A stretch of 64,000 nt of DNA from Candidatus Saccharimonadota bacterium (GTDB taxonomy: Bacteria; Patescibacteriota; Saccharimonadia; Saccharimonadales; Saccharimonadaceae), in contig JAGAEN010000018.1 in assembly GCA_017613135.1 (NCBI GenBank), positions 956-64,955 on the forward strand, given 5' to 3'. Of the stretch, positions 34,558 through 42,442 are shown in pieces. The notes under the pieces are model-generated. The model made no database searches. It saw nothing but the letters and a program-made list of their open reading frames with translations, and had not been told where the DNA came from. Each line of letters opens with the position of its first letter. Position 1 is the first letter of the stretch. Both the position numbers and the translations under genes were made by a program.

Positions 34558-37500
34558 TTATATTTTCTCTAGTGAAATGGTGATGTTAGTACCGGAGACT
34601 TTGGCGATTTCGTCGTGGGCGTAGTTCATGTCTTTTTCGAAGGAGTCGGCGAGGACTTCAGATTTGATGAGCTCTTCAAAGCCTTCTGGCAAGTCAATAG
34701 AGAGCGAGAGCTTGATGCGGTCGTCCATACTTAGTTTGGCGTTTTTACGAGCGGATTGGATGGCGCGGATGAGATCGCGGGCGTAGCCTTCCCTTTTCAG
34801 TTCTTCGGTAAGGGTTTTGTCGAGAATAAAGGTGTCGCCTCGTTCAACTTTTTTGACGTTTACTTCGTCGGCAATGATTTGCTCGTAGAATGGGTCGAGT
34901 TTATCGCCAGTGTAGGTGAGCTTTGAAAGAGGTTGGCGGACTTTGATTTGCTCTTCAGTGTCAGACTTCTGCATTCTAAGGGCTAGAGCATCCGTGATGA
35001 TTTGGCGGGTGCGAGACATATTATCTAGCACTTTTTCATCGATTGGGCCAGCCTCAGGCCAGGTTGTAAGATGAATGGACTCGTTTTTGCCAGTCATTTT
35101 CTGATACAATTCTTCGGAAAGGAAGGGGGTAAAGGGAGCAAGGAGTTTCGCAGTATATATTAATACATGGTATAGTGTAGCAAAGGCGCTGGTTTTGTCC
35201 TTTTGGTCGTCGGTTTTAGAGAAACGACGGCGAGAGCGGCGGACGAACCAGTTGGAGAGATCATCAACAAATGGTAAGACGGGTTCGAGAACGGCGGGAA
35301 GGTTATAGGCGTTCATGTTCTCGGTGATAGCGTTTCTTAACTCGCAGGCACGGGAGATGATCCAGACATCCAATGGATTTGGAAGAATGTTTTTTCGGGA
35401 CGCTTCGTCGCGCCCGTCGTCACGGGGCTCCTCGCTTCGTGTGCTCCCGTCGTCGCACATGCCCCTAAAAAACACTTCTTCCAAATCCTTAGAATCGATG
35501 CCTTCAATCTCAGCATAGGTGGTGAAGAAGTCGTAGACGTTCCAGAGCATGGCGAGTTTACGGTTGACATCGGAAACGTCCTTATCCAGGAGAGCGAAAT
35601 CTTCGCCAGAGAGGACGGGACTGGAAAGCAGCAAGAAACGAAGGGCGTCGGCGGAGTACTGGTCCATCAAGATATTCGGGTCGGTATAATTGCCGAGAGA
35701 TTTGCTCATTTTGCGACCATCGTTCCCTGCTAGGGTACCGGTGGTAATGACGTTCTTGTAGGCATTTTTGTGGCCGTTTTTGGCTTTTTCGCCAAAGGCG
35801 CCGTTTTCAGCAAGAGCGGTATTTACAGCGTGGACATAGTAGAACCAAGCGCGGACCTGGCCGACGTATTCTACGATGAAATCAGCGGGATAATTACGCT
35901 CAAACTTCTCTTTGTTTTCGAATGGGTAGTGTAACTGAGCGAACGGCATAGAGCCGGATTCAAACCAGCAGTCGAGGACCTTTTCAATACGGGTGAAATG
36001 CTCACCGTCGATATCAAAGGTAATGGCATCGACCCATGGGCGGTGGTAGTCTTCAAGTTTTTGACCGGAAAGTTCATAAAGTTCTTCGTAGGAACCGATG
36101 ACCTTGATACTACCTTTGTCGCCCTTCCAGACTGGCATAGCGGTGGCCCAGAAACGGTCGCGGGAAAGGTTCCAGTCAGGGGCCTGTTCAATGTTTTTGG
36201 CGAAACGGCCGTGTTTTAAGTATTCTGGGAACCAGTTGATGTTTTCGTTTTCGGCTAGCATCAGAGGTTTTTGGCTCTCGATATCGAAGAACCAAGATGG
36301 GAAAGCGCGATACATAATGCGCTCTTTAGAGCGGGGGTTAAATGGGTATTCGTGCTGAATATAATCTATTTTATAGATAATTCCCTTTTCTTCGAGGCAT
36401 TTGGCGATGAATTTGTTGGCGGCCCAAATCTGAATACCGTGTTCGTCGGTGTCGCGGACGCCAAGGGCGTGGAGTTTGTCGGCGTATTCAGGCAAATAGT
36501 AGCCGTTTTCGTCGAGGGTGTCGACAAAAGCAATTTCGCCTTCGTGTTGTTTGAATAATTCATAGTCATCTTCGCCATAGGCAGGTGCAATATGGACGAT
36601 GCCGGTGCCTTCTTCGTCACCGACGAAGTCGGCGGTGAAAACTTGGCAGACAGTGCCATCTAGGGATTCGTATTTTAGGCCGGCGAGATCGGAGCCTTCG
36701 AAAGAGCGCTCCGGCTTCATATCGTTGAACAATTTTTTTGCAAGTTTTTCAGCAACAATTAATTTTTCGCCATCCACGTCATAGACGCCGTAGTGTAAAT
36801 CTTTGCTCACGGCGAGAGCACGGTTCGCCATTAAGGTCCAGGGCGTAGTGGTCCAGGCTAGGAATGCAAATTCAGAAATAGGTCTTTTTCGGGACGCTTC
36901 GTCGCGCCCGTCGTTACGGGGCTCCTTGCTTCGTGTGCTCCCGTCGTCGCACATGCCCCTCAAAAGACTTTTTTCTGAATTTGCTACCAATTTGAATTTT
37001 ACGTAGGCGCTGGGGTCGGTGACGGTCTGGTAGGCGTCATTGTCCATGGTGACTTCGGCTTTTGATACTGGGGTAGCGAATTTGGTATCATACATTAAGA
37101 CCTTGCGGCCTTCGTAAATTTTGCCAGCTTCATAGAGTTTCTTGAAGGCCCACCAGACAGATTCCATAAAATCTTTGTTCATGGTGCGGTAGCAGTTATC
37201 AAAATCCACCCAACGGCCGATGCGGTCGATGGTGGAGTGCCAGGTTTCGGAATTCGCGACCATAGATTCGCGAGCCTTGATGATATAGTCCTCGAGCGAC
37301 CATTTGGTGCCGATGTCGCGACGATCGGTGATGCCGAGCTGCTTTTCGACAAAATTCTCGGCGGGAAGACCGTGGCAATCCCACCCCCAACGTCTCTCGA
37401 CGCGGTAGCCGTTCATGGTATAGTAACGCGGAACAGCATCTTTGACGATACTAGAAAGCAGAGTGCCGTGGTGGGGCATACCAGTAATAAACGGAGGACC

Positions 37501-37635
37501 GTCATAAAAAACATAGGACTTATCAATCGGGCGATTTTCGACCGATTGTTCAAAAGTTTTGTTCTTTTTCCACCACTCAACGAGGGCTTTTTCATATTCA
37601 ATGGCTTTACGGCGATTGCCGGCCTGATATTTCAT
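34558..37635 (-). CDS. ileS: Isoleucyl-tRNA synthetase (type 2) carrying two in-frame repeat insertions
   Basis: HHGT (HIGH-like), WTTTPWTL, and KMSKS motifs. 1025 aa. Confidence 0.95.
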   Translation of the reverse strand: MKYQAGNRRKAIEYEKALVEWWKKNKTFEQSVENRPIDKSYVFYDGPPFITGMPHHGTLLSSIVKDAVPRYYTMNGYRVERRWGWDCHGLPAENFVEKQLGITDRRDIGTKWSLEDYIIKARESMVANSETWHSTIDRIGRWVDFDNCYRTMNKDFMESVWWAFKKLYEAGKIYEGRKVLMYDTKFATPVSKAEVTMDNDAYQTVTDPSAYVKFKLVANSEKSLLRGMCDDGSTRSKEPRNDGRDEASRKRPISEFAFLAWTTTPWTLMANRALAVSKDLHYGVYDVDGEKLIVAEKLAKKLFNDMKPERSFEGSDLAGLKYESLDGTVCQVFTADFVGDEEGTGIVHIAPAYGEDDYELFKQHEGEIAFVDTLDENGYYLPEYADKLHALGVRDTDEHGIQIWAANKFIAKCLEEKGIIYKIDYIQHEYPFNPRSKERIMYRAFPSWFFDIESQKPLMLAENENINWFPEYLKHGRFAKNIEQAPDWNLSRDRFWATAMPVWKGDKGSIKVIGSYEELYELSGQKLEDYHRPWVDAITFDIDGEHFTRIEKVLDCWFESGSMPFAQLHYPFENKEKFERNYPADFIVEYVGQVRAWFYYVHAVNTALAENGAFGEKAKNGHKNAYKNVITTGTLAGNDGRKMSKSLGNYTDPNILMDQYSADALRFLLLSSPVLSGEDFALLDKDVSDVNRKLAMLWNVYDFFTTYAEIEGIDSKDLEEVFFRGMCDDGSTRSEEPRDDGRDEASRKNILPNPLDVWIISRACELRNAITENMNAYNLPAVLEPVLPFVDDLSNWFVRRSRRRFSKTDDQKDKTSAFATLYHVLIYTAKLLAPFTPFLSEELYQKMTGKNESIHLTTWPEAGPIDEKVLDNMSRTRQIITDALALRMQKSDTEEQIKVRQPLSKLTYTGDKLDPFYEQIIADEVNVKKVERGDTFILDKTLTEELKREGYARDLIRAIQSARKNAKLSMDDRIKLSLSIDLPEGFEELIKSEVLADSFEKDMNYAHDEIAKVSGTNITISLEKI
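35381..35482 (-). repeat. GC-rich hairpin element (family 1), in-frame copy A in ileS
   Basis: The 76-nt core at 35391-35466 differs at 2 positions from copy B. Flanking inverted repeat is ggaagaatgtttttt / aaaaaacacttcttcc. Encodes RGMCDDGSTRSEEPRDDGRDEASRK. Confidence 0.8.
36873..36977 (-). repeat. GC-rich hairpin element (family 1), in-frame copy B in ileS
   Basis: Core at 36885-36960. Flanking inverted repeat is cagaaataggtcttttt / aaaagacttttttctg. Encodes RGMCDDGSTRSKEPRNDGRDEASRK. Confidence 0.8.
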
Positions 37636-37733
37636 TTAATCTCCCTTTCTTCCGCTGGCTTGTAGAAAAATCTACATAAACGCCTTGTATTATATATAAT
37701 ATCATAAATAGAAGGAAAAGGCGAGAGATGTGG

Positions 37734-39731
37734 TTACTGCGCTATACAGCGGACGCTAAACCCGAGGTTCTTAGTGAAGCTGTTAGTACCTGGGCTGACG
37801 CTGCTACTGTCCAAGTTCAGAGTGTAAGCGTAGAGGTTGCTGTTCACCGAGCTAGACCAGTAGTAGCCGCGTGAGCCGCGATTGTAGGCGGACGAGCCAT
37901 TGAAGTAGCCGGAATAGACAACGTTAGTAGGATAAGCTCTTAATACTTTGGAAGCGGTAGCTCCTAAGTCTACGTTGTCTACGATACCTTGGTAATATCC
38001 ATAGCCATTAGTGTTGTTTGTATTTGGTTCTGTGCCACCCATAAGGGTCTTAGTAAGTACGTAGAAGTCACCTGTGGTATTAACAGTAGTTTGGCCACCT
38101 ATTGGTAAACGCCAGCCAGTAGGACAAATGGAAGTGGTGGTGACGGAAGTGTTATTTTGGCCATAATATGCAGTGTCAGCAATAGCAGCTGGCCAGGTAT
38201 AGTAGTTGCCATAGCCGTACCATCTAACGTGATTATTATTTGCGTTGTAGCTGTCTGTGAGAGTGGTAGTGTTATCTGAGTTAGTAGCATTAGTAGCCAT
38301 ATTGGTATTGTTTTTGTTGTATCTTGGCATACGGTAGCCTGGGTAGTAGTTACTATTACTATTTATATTGATAGTACCGTTACTGCCATCAATACTATAA
38401 AGGGAGTTGGCAGTAGTATTGCTAGTGAAGTTCGCATCTTCTGAATTAGCTAAGCCGATGAATTTGCCGAGATTACCTTGGGTGGCATTAGTGGCATCAC
38501 CATAGCCTTGGGCTTTAGCAATGTTTTCTGCTCCTACGGAGTTTTCTGAGTTTAGTCTTAAGTTTTCTGTCATCCAGCATTTACCATCAGCTAGTCTAGC
38601 TACTGTATAGACATTACCATCACGAGTATCAGTAAGGGCAGTCATAGAAGCGAGAGTGGCTCTAGTACCATCACTTGGAGCGGTGGTGAGCGAAGAACAG
38701 CCAGTCCAACCTTGGTTATTGGTACCTTGGAGATTACCAGTAGATGCTACCCAGACTGGGTAAAGAATCATACCCTTTGTAGCAAGAGTAGTAGAAGGTA
38801 CTGTGAGAGTTTCATTTGGACCGTAGATAGTACTGGCATTTGTAGCAGTGAAATCTGTACTCCAACCCGCGAAGCCATATCCTTCACGCTTGTAGTTTGG
38901 TGCGATAAGGTTAATGGTGGTGGCGGAAGTGCCTACACTAATCTTTCCAGCAGTAGGTGAAGAAGAAATAGAGCCGAGTGAAGACATGGAACCTTCTATG
39001 TCTGATGCGTTAGGTGCATAACAGACATAGCCAGCTGGACAATCCGAAGCTTTAAGTGGAGTAACTGGTTTACCAGCAGTAGATGGGTGAACTAGAGTGT
39101 ATTTAACTTGTCCAATGTATGTTCCAGCCGGTTGAGTCTGTGATATGTAAGCTCTATAGGTAGTAGTAAGGTTAGAACCAGAAGCACCAGAACCTATATC
39201 AGTAGAAGATGGGAAGTAGGCTACTTTGGTGTATTCATTTGGAACTTCTGTATATCCTGAGAAATCTGGATCACCTGTTTGTTTATTGGTATCGTCAGTA
39301 GAGCCAGCAATGATAGGAAGATAAGTAGAGCCAGTATTAGCTAGTTTCATAGCCCAGGATGATGTACCAGTAGTTATAGTGGTTGAAGTAATAATATCGT
39401 GAGTGGAACCAAGAGTTGTACTAGTTAGTTTATTATTACCATATTCATCATTAGTATATCCAATAGCATATAGTGCATAGCCAGTATTATCATTACATGT
39501 TACTTTGATATTAGTAGTACCTATTTCATTTTCTGTACTACCATTCTGAATAGTCTTATTATGTGAAGTCATACCAGAAGAAGATAGTGAACAGGATACT
39601 GGAACATCAATAGAAATGACATCAACAAAGCCATCGTCTGCTAATACGGAAGGGAGAGTGAGCAAGGCAGTAGAGAGTGTAGTGATAGTAATAAGACTAC
39701 CTGCGATTACTTTATTGCGTTCTATGCGCAT
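37734..39731 (-). CDS. Secreted surface protein: shared N-terminal module + Listeria-Bacteroides-type repeat + C-terminal Fibrobacter succinogenes major paralogous (FISUMP) domain
   Basis: Signal peptide present. GYGFAGWS...LYPVWV repeat. DTRDGNVYTVARLADGKCWMTENLRL, CPTGWRLP, YYWSSS, and FSVRCI. Confidence 0.75.
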   Translation of the reverse strand: MRIERNKVIAGSLITITTLSTALLTLPSVLADDGFVDVISIDVPVSCSLSSSGMTSHNKTIQNGSTENEIGTTNIKVTCNDNTGYALYAIGYTNDEYGNNKLTSTTLGSTHDIITSTTITTGTSSWAMKLANTGSTYLPIIAGSTDDTNKQTGDPDFSGYTEVPNEYTKVAYFPSSTDIGSGASGSNLTTTYRAYISQTQPAGTYIGQVKYTLVHPSTAGKPVTPLKASDCPAGYVCYAPNASDIEGSMSSLGSISSSPTAGKISVGTSATTINLIAPNYKREGYGFAGWSTDFTATNASTIYGPNETLTVPSTTLATKGMILYPVWVASTGNLQGTNNQGWTGCSSLTTAPSDGTRATLASMTALTDTRDGNVYTVARLADGKCWMTENLRLNSENSVGAENIAKAQGYGDATNATQGNLGKFIGLANSEDANFTSNTTANSLYSIDGSNGTININSNSNYYPGYRMPRYNKNNTNMATNATNSDNTTTLTDSYNANNNHVRWYGYGNYYTWPAAIADTAYYGQNNTSVTTTSICPTGWRLPIGGQTTVNTTGDFYVLTKTLMGGTEPNTNNTNGYGYYQGIVDNVDLGATASKVLRAYPTNVVYSGYFNGSSAYNRGSRGYYWSSSVNSNLYAYTLNLDSSSVSPGTNSFTKNLGFSVRCIAQ
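39084..39662 (-). repeat. About 580-bp module ~90% identical to 48176-48754 (N-terminal domain of two paralogs)
   Basis: Hand alignment of a 60-nt sample gave 55/60 identical. The proteins are collinear from LTLP to LVHP. Confidence 0.8.
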
Positions 39732-39814
39732 GTTGTTTCTTCCTTATATCATTATATGTTATGACTTTGTTACTGTTTATATTATAGCATGAGCGAGATG
39801 GAATGTGAAGACAG

Positions 39815-40498
39815 TTATTTGCCGTGAACATCAATTTGGTTGTATGGGAATAGTATTTTGTGTGTTGCAAAAGTATCAGCTATCACGCCAAGACAATCAC
39901 GGCGAACTTGGAGCTGATTCATCGGGTCGCAAGTGATTTGGAGTTGGTAATTGAGTGAGGAATTTGTGATGTTAGAGGTTCCTTGATTTAGAACGGAAGT
40001 AACATTGGGCAAGGCTTGAATAGATTTTACAATTTCTTGCATAATATCATTAGCGGCGGTAGGTTTGATGCGGAGTGGAAATGGCACCGGTAAATAAATA
40101 TAGCCAGTAGATACTTCGACCTTGTCGATATTGCGATTAGCAATGGAGACGATATTCATGGTATTAATATCTTGGATCTTGGTGGTGCGAAGATTAATAG
40201 AAAGCACCTGCCCAAAATTATCATCATATTTGATTACGTCGCCGATATCGTAGTAATTATCAGCGACGATTTCAAGACCGCGGAAGATATCTTTCATGGC
40301 ATCTTGGAGCGCAAAACCGACGATGATAGACGCAATACCGACGCCCGCGAGCATCGAGCTGACATTAATACCAAGAAGCTGTAACACTATTAGGATTATA
40401 ATGATGACAATGAATGCACCGATGATGCTTTTTAGCATCCGAAGGTAAGTTCTTCGTTTCTTATTGGAAAAATTTTTGAAAGATTTCTTGATGCCCAT
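39815..40498 (-). CDS. Small-conductance mechanosensitive channel (MscS family)
   Basis: TM helices followed by the GDVIKYDDNFGQVLSINLRTTKIQD beta-domain. Confidence 0.75.
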   Translation of the reverse strand: MGIKKSFKNFSNKKRRTYLRMLKSIIGAFIVIIIILIVLQLLGINVSSMLAGVGIASIIVGFALQDAMKDIFRGLEIVADNYYDIGDVIKYDDNFGQVLSINLRTTKIQDINTMNIVSIANRNIDKVEVSTGYIYLPVPFPLRIKPTAANDIMQEIVKSIQALPNVTSVLNQGTSNITNSSLNYQLQITCDPMNQLQVRRDCLGVIADTFATHKILFPYNQIDVHGK

Positions 40499-40504
40499 GC
40501 TTAA

Positions 40505-40513
40505 ATTATATCA
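40505..40513 (-). promoter_or_regulatory. TGATATAAT, 6 nt from ATG 40498 (leaderless)
   Basis: The rc reads TGATATAAT ttaagc ATG. Confidence 0.5.
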
Positions 40514-40760
40514 CATAATATAAGACTTCATTAATAAGCGGTAAATTACGGCCACGCCACATATTGCGGACTTCGCCAGTGTTGCCGAGAGCAATAATTG
40601 TGGGGTATTCTACTATATCGTAGGCTTCACAAAAGCCGGTGTTTTTATCAGGGTTCATGGTTTCGATTTCGTAGCCGGTCTGACGACGAAAATTTTCGAG
40701 CCATTCCTCGACGTTTCTGGTGTAATCTTCCTTATCTTTATAGATACAAATGACTCTCAT
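40506..40760 (-). CDS. NrdH/glutaredoxin-like thioredoxin-fold protein lacking the CxxC motif
   Basis: Aligns to NrdH: MRVICIYKDKEDYT versus MRITIYTRNDCVQC, EYPTIIALG versus QLPVVIAG, and WRG..LINEVL. Overlaps nrdR by 4 nt. Confidence 0.55.
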   Translation of the reverse strand: MRVICIYKDKEDYTRNVEEWLENFRRQTGYEIETMNPDKNTGFCEAYDIVEYPTIIALGNTGEVRNMWRGRNLPLINEVLYYVI

Positions 40761-41206
40761 TTTTTCCCTTTTTGTTCTTTGAGAATGTTTTCGAAATCTT
40801 CCAAAGTTTTAAATTCACGAAAAACGGAGGCGAAGCGGACGTAGGCGACTTCGTTGACTTCGGCAAGAACATCGAGAACGGCTTCGCCGATTTGTTTGGA
40901 ACTAACTTGGTCGGTATTGTAAGAATAAAGTATGTCGGTGGCACGAGTGACAACATCTTCGATTTCGAGCTCGGAATTGAAGAATTTGCCAACACTACGC
41001 TTGACGGCGAGGAGTAATTTATCGCGATCGTAGATTTCTTTGTTGCCACTACGCTTTAAGACGGTAAGTGGCGGAAGCTCAATTCTTTCGTAGGTGGTAA
41101 AGCGGTGGCCGTCGGAAGATTCGCGACGACGACGAATCATAGTGCCGTCGAGGGTTTCCCTACTTTCTAGCACTTTGCTGTCGCCGATGCGGAATCTATA
41201 TTCCAT
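40757..41206 (-). CDS. nrdR: NrdR-family regulator with all four Zn-ribbon cysteines replaced
   Basis: IRRRRESSDGHRFTTYE and an ATP-cone ending VAYVRFASVFREF. Positions equivalent to CxxC...CxxC are Y, R, E/S, and D/G. Confidence 0.8.
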   Translation of the reverse strand: MEYRFRIGDSKVLESRETLDGTMIRRRRESSDGHRFTTYERIELPPLTVLKRSGNKEIYDRDKLLLAVKRSVGKFFNSELEIEDVVTRATDILYSYNTDQVSSKQIGEAVLDVLAEVNEVAYVRFASVFREFKTLEDFENILKEQKGKK

Positions 41207-41214
41207 GCCGCTCC

Positions 41215-42381
41215 TTAATTTTTCTTTCTTTTACCTCTTAATCTTTCACGTAGTGAAGGTGGTACATCCATTTCGTCGTCATCGGATGGGGTCGGCTCTG
41301 GCTCAGGCTCGTTTTTGATGGAGTCCCACATATTCGATTTATTATCAGAAGCGAAATCCTTAGCTTCAGCAGTAGGTTTCTCGTCTTTGGAGAAAGTGGA
41401 AGTGGATTCTTCGGCAGCTGGCTCATTGTTGTAATAATCAGAATCAAAGCCGGTAGCAACCACGGTAACGATGATTTCGTCTTGTAATTCTGGGCGGATG
41501 GAAGCGCCAAAGATAATATTGGCATCCGGAGATACGGCGCCAGTGATGACTTCGGCGGCTTCTTGAACTTCGCTCATCGACATATCGTAGCCACCAGCCA
41601 CGCTAAAGAGTACACCGCGAGCACCTTCAATCTTCACTTCGATGAGTGGTGATTCGACAGCTTGCTGAGCAGCAATCACGGCACGATTTTCACCAGAAGC
41701 ACGACCGATACCCATAAGAGCAGAGCCGGCGTTTTTCATAATGGCTTTGACATCGGCAAAGTCGAGATTAATCAGTGAGTGCTCAGTAATGAGCTCGGAA
41801 ATACCCTGGACGCCTTGGCGCAAAACATCATCGGCAATTTTGAAAGTCTCAAGAAGTGGGGTGCGGGGATCGATAGTCTGAAGTAAACGATCGTTCGGAA
41901 TAGTGATAAGTGCGTCGACTTGACGGGCGAGCTTATCAATCGCAAGATCGGCATTGGCACGACGGCGAGCACCCTCAAATGTAAATGGCTTAGTCGCGAC
42001 ACCAACGGTCAAGATATCTTTCTTGCGGGCTTCTTCGGCAACGATCGGACCAGCACCGGAACCGGTACCACCACCGGCACCGAGAGTAATAAATACCATA
42101 TCAGCGCCATCGAGTGCTTTGTCAATGGCTTCCCTGCCTTCTTCGGCGGCTTCGCGACCTTTTTCTGGGTCACCACCGGCACCAAGGCCTTTTCCAATAT
42201 GAACTTTGACATCGGCTGAAGAATGATGGAGTGCTTGGGCATCGGTATTGATGGCAACAAATTCCACACCGGTGAGTCCGACTTCTTTCATTCTTTCGAC
42301 GGCGGAACCTCCGGCACCGCCCACGCCCACAACTTTAATGCTTGCTTTGCTTTCCACCTCTGTAGGTTTAACTTCTGGCAT
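41215..42381 (-). CDS. ftsZ: Cell division protein FtsZ
   Basis: GGGTGSG tubulin signature and NTDAQAL. Confidence 0.97.
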   Translation of the reverse strand: MPEVKPTEVESKASIKVVGVGGAGGSAVERMKEVGLTGVEFVAINTDAQALHHSSADVKVHIGKGLGAGGDPEKGREAAEEGREAIDKALDGADMVFITLGAGGGTGSGAGPIVAEEARKKDILTVGVATKPFTFEGARRRANADLAIDKLARQVDALITIPNDRLLQTIDPRTPLLETFKIADDVLRQGVQGISELITEHSLINLDFADVKAIMKNAGSALMGIGRASGENRAVIAAQQAVESPLIEVKIEGARGVLFSVAGGYDMSMSEVQEAAEVITGAVSPDANIIFGASIRPELQDEIIVTVVATGFDSDYYNNEPAAEESTSTFSKDEKPTAEAKDFASDNKSNMWDSIKNEPEPEPTPSDDDEMDVPPSLRERLRGKRKKN

Positions 42382-42442
42382 AATAATTCCTCGCTTTATA
42401 TATTATTAGTATACTCCTAATATATTAGAAAATCAAGAGAAA

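Noticed and set aside
37734-39731. Diversity-generating retroelement targeting the C-terminal lectin-like domains of the surface paralogs
   Set aside because: No reverse transcriptase gene is in the window, and I found no template/variable repeat pair with adenine-specific mismatches. The shared repeat is N-terminal, and its differences are not A-biased by eye.
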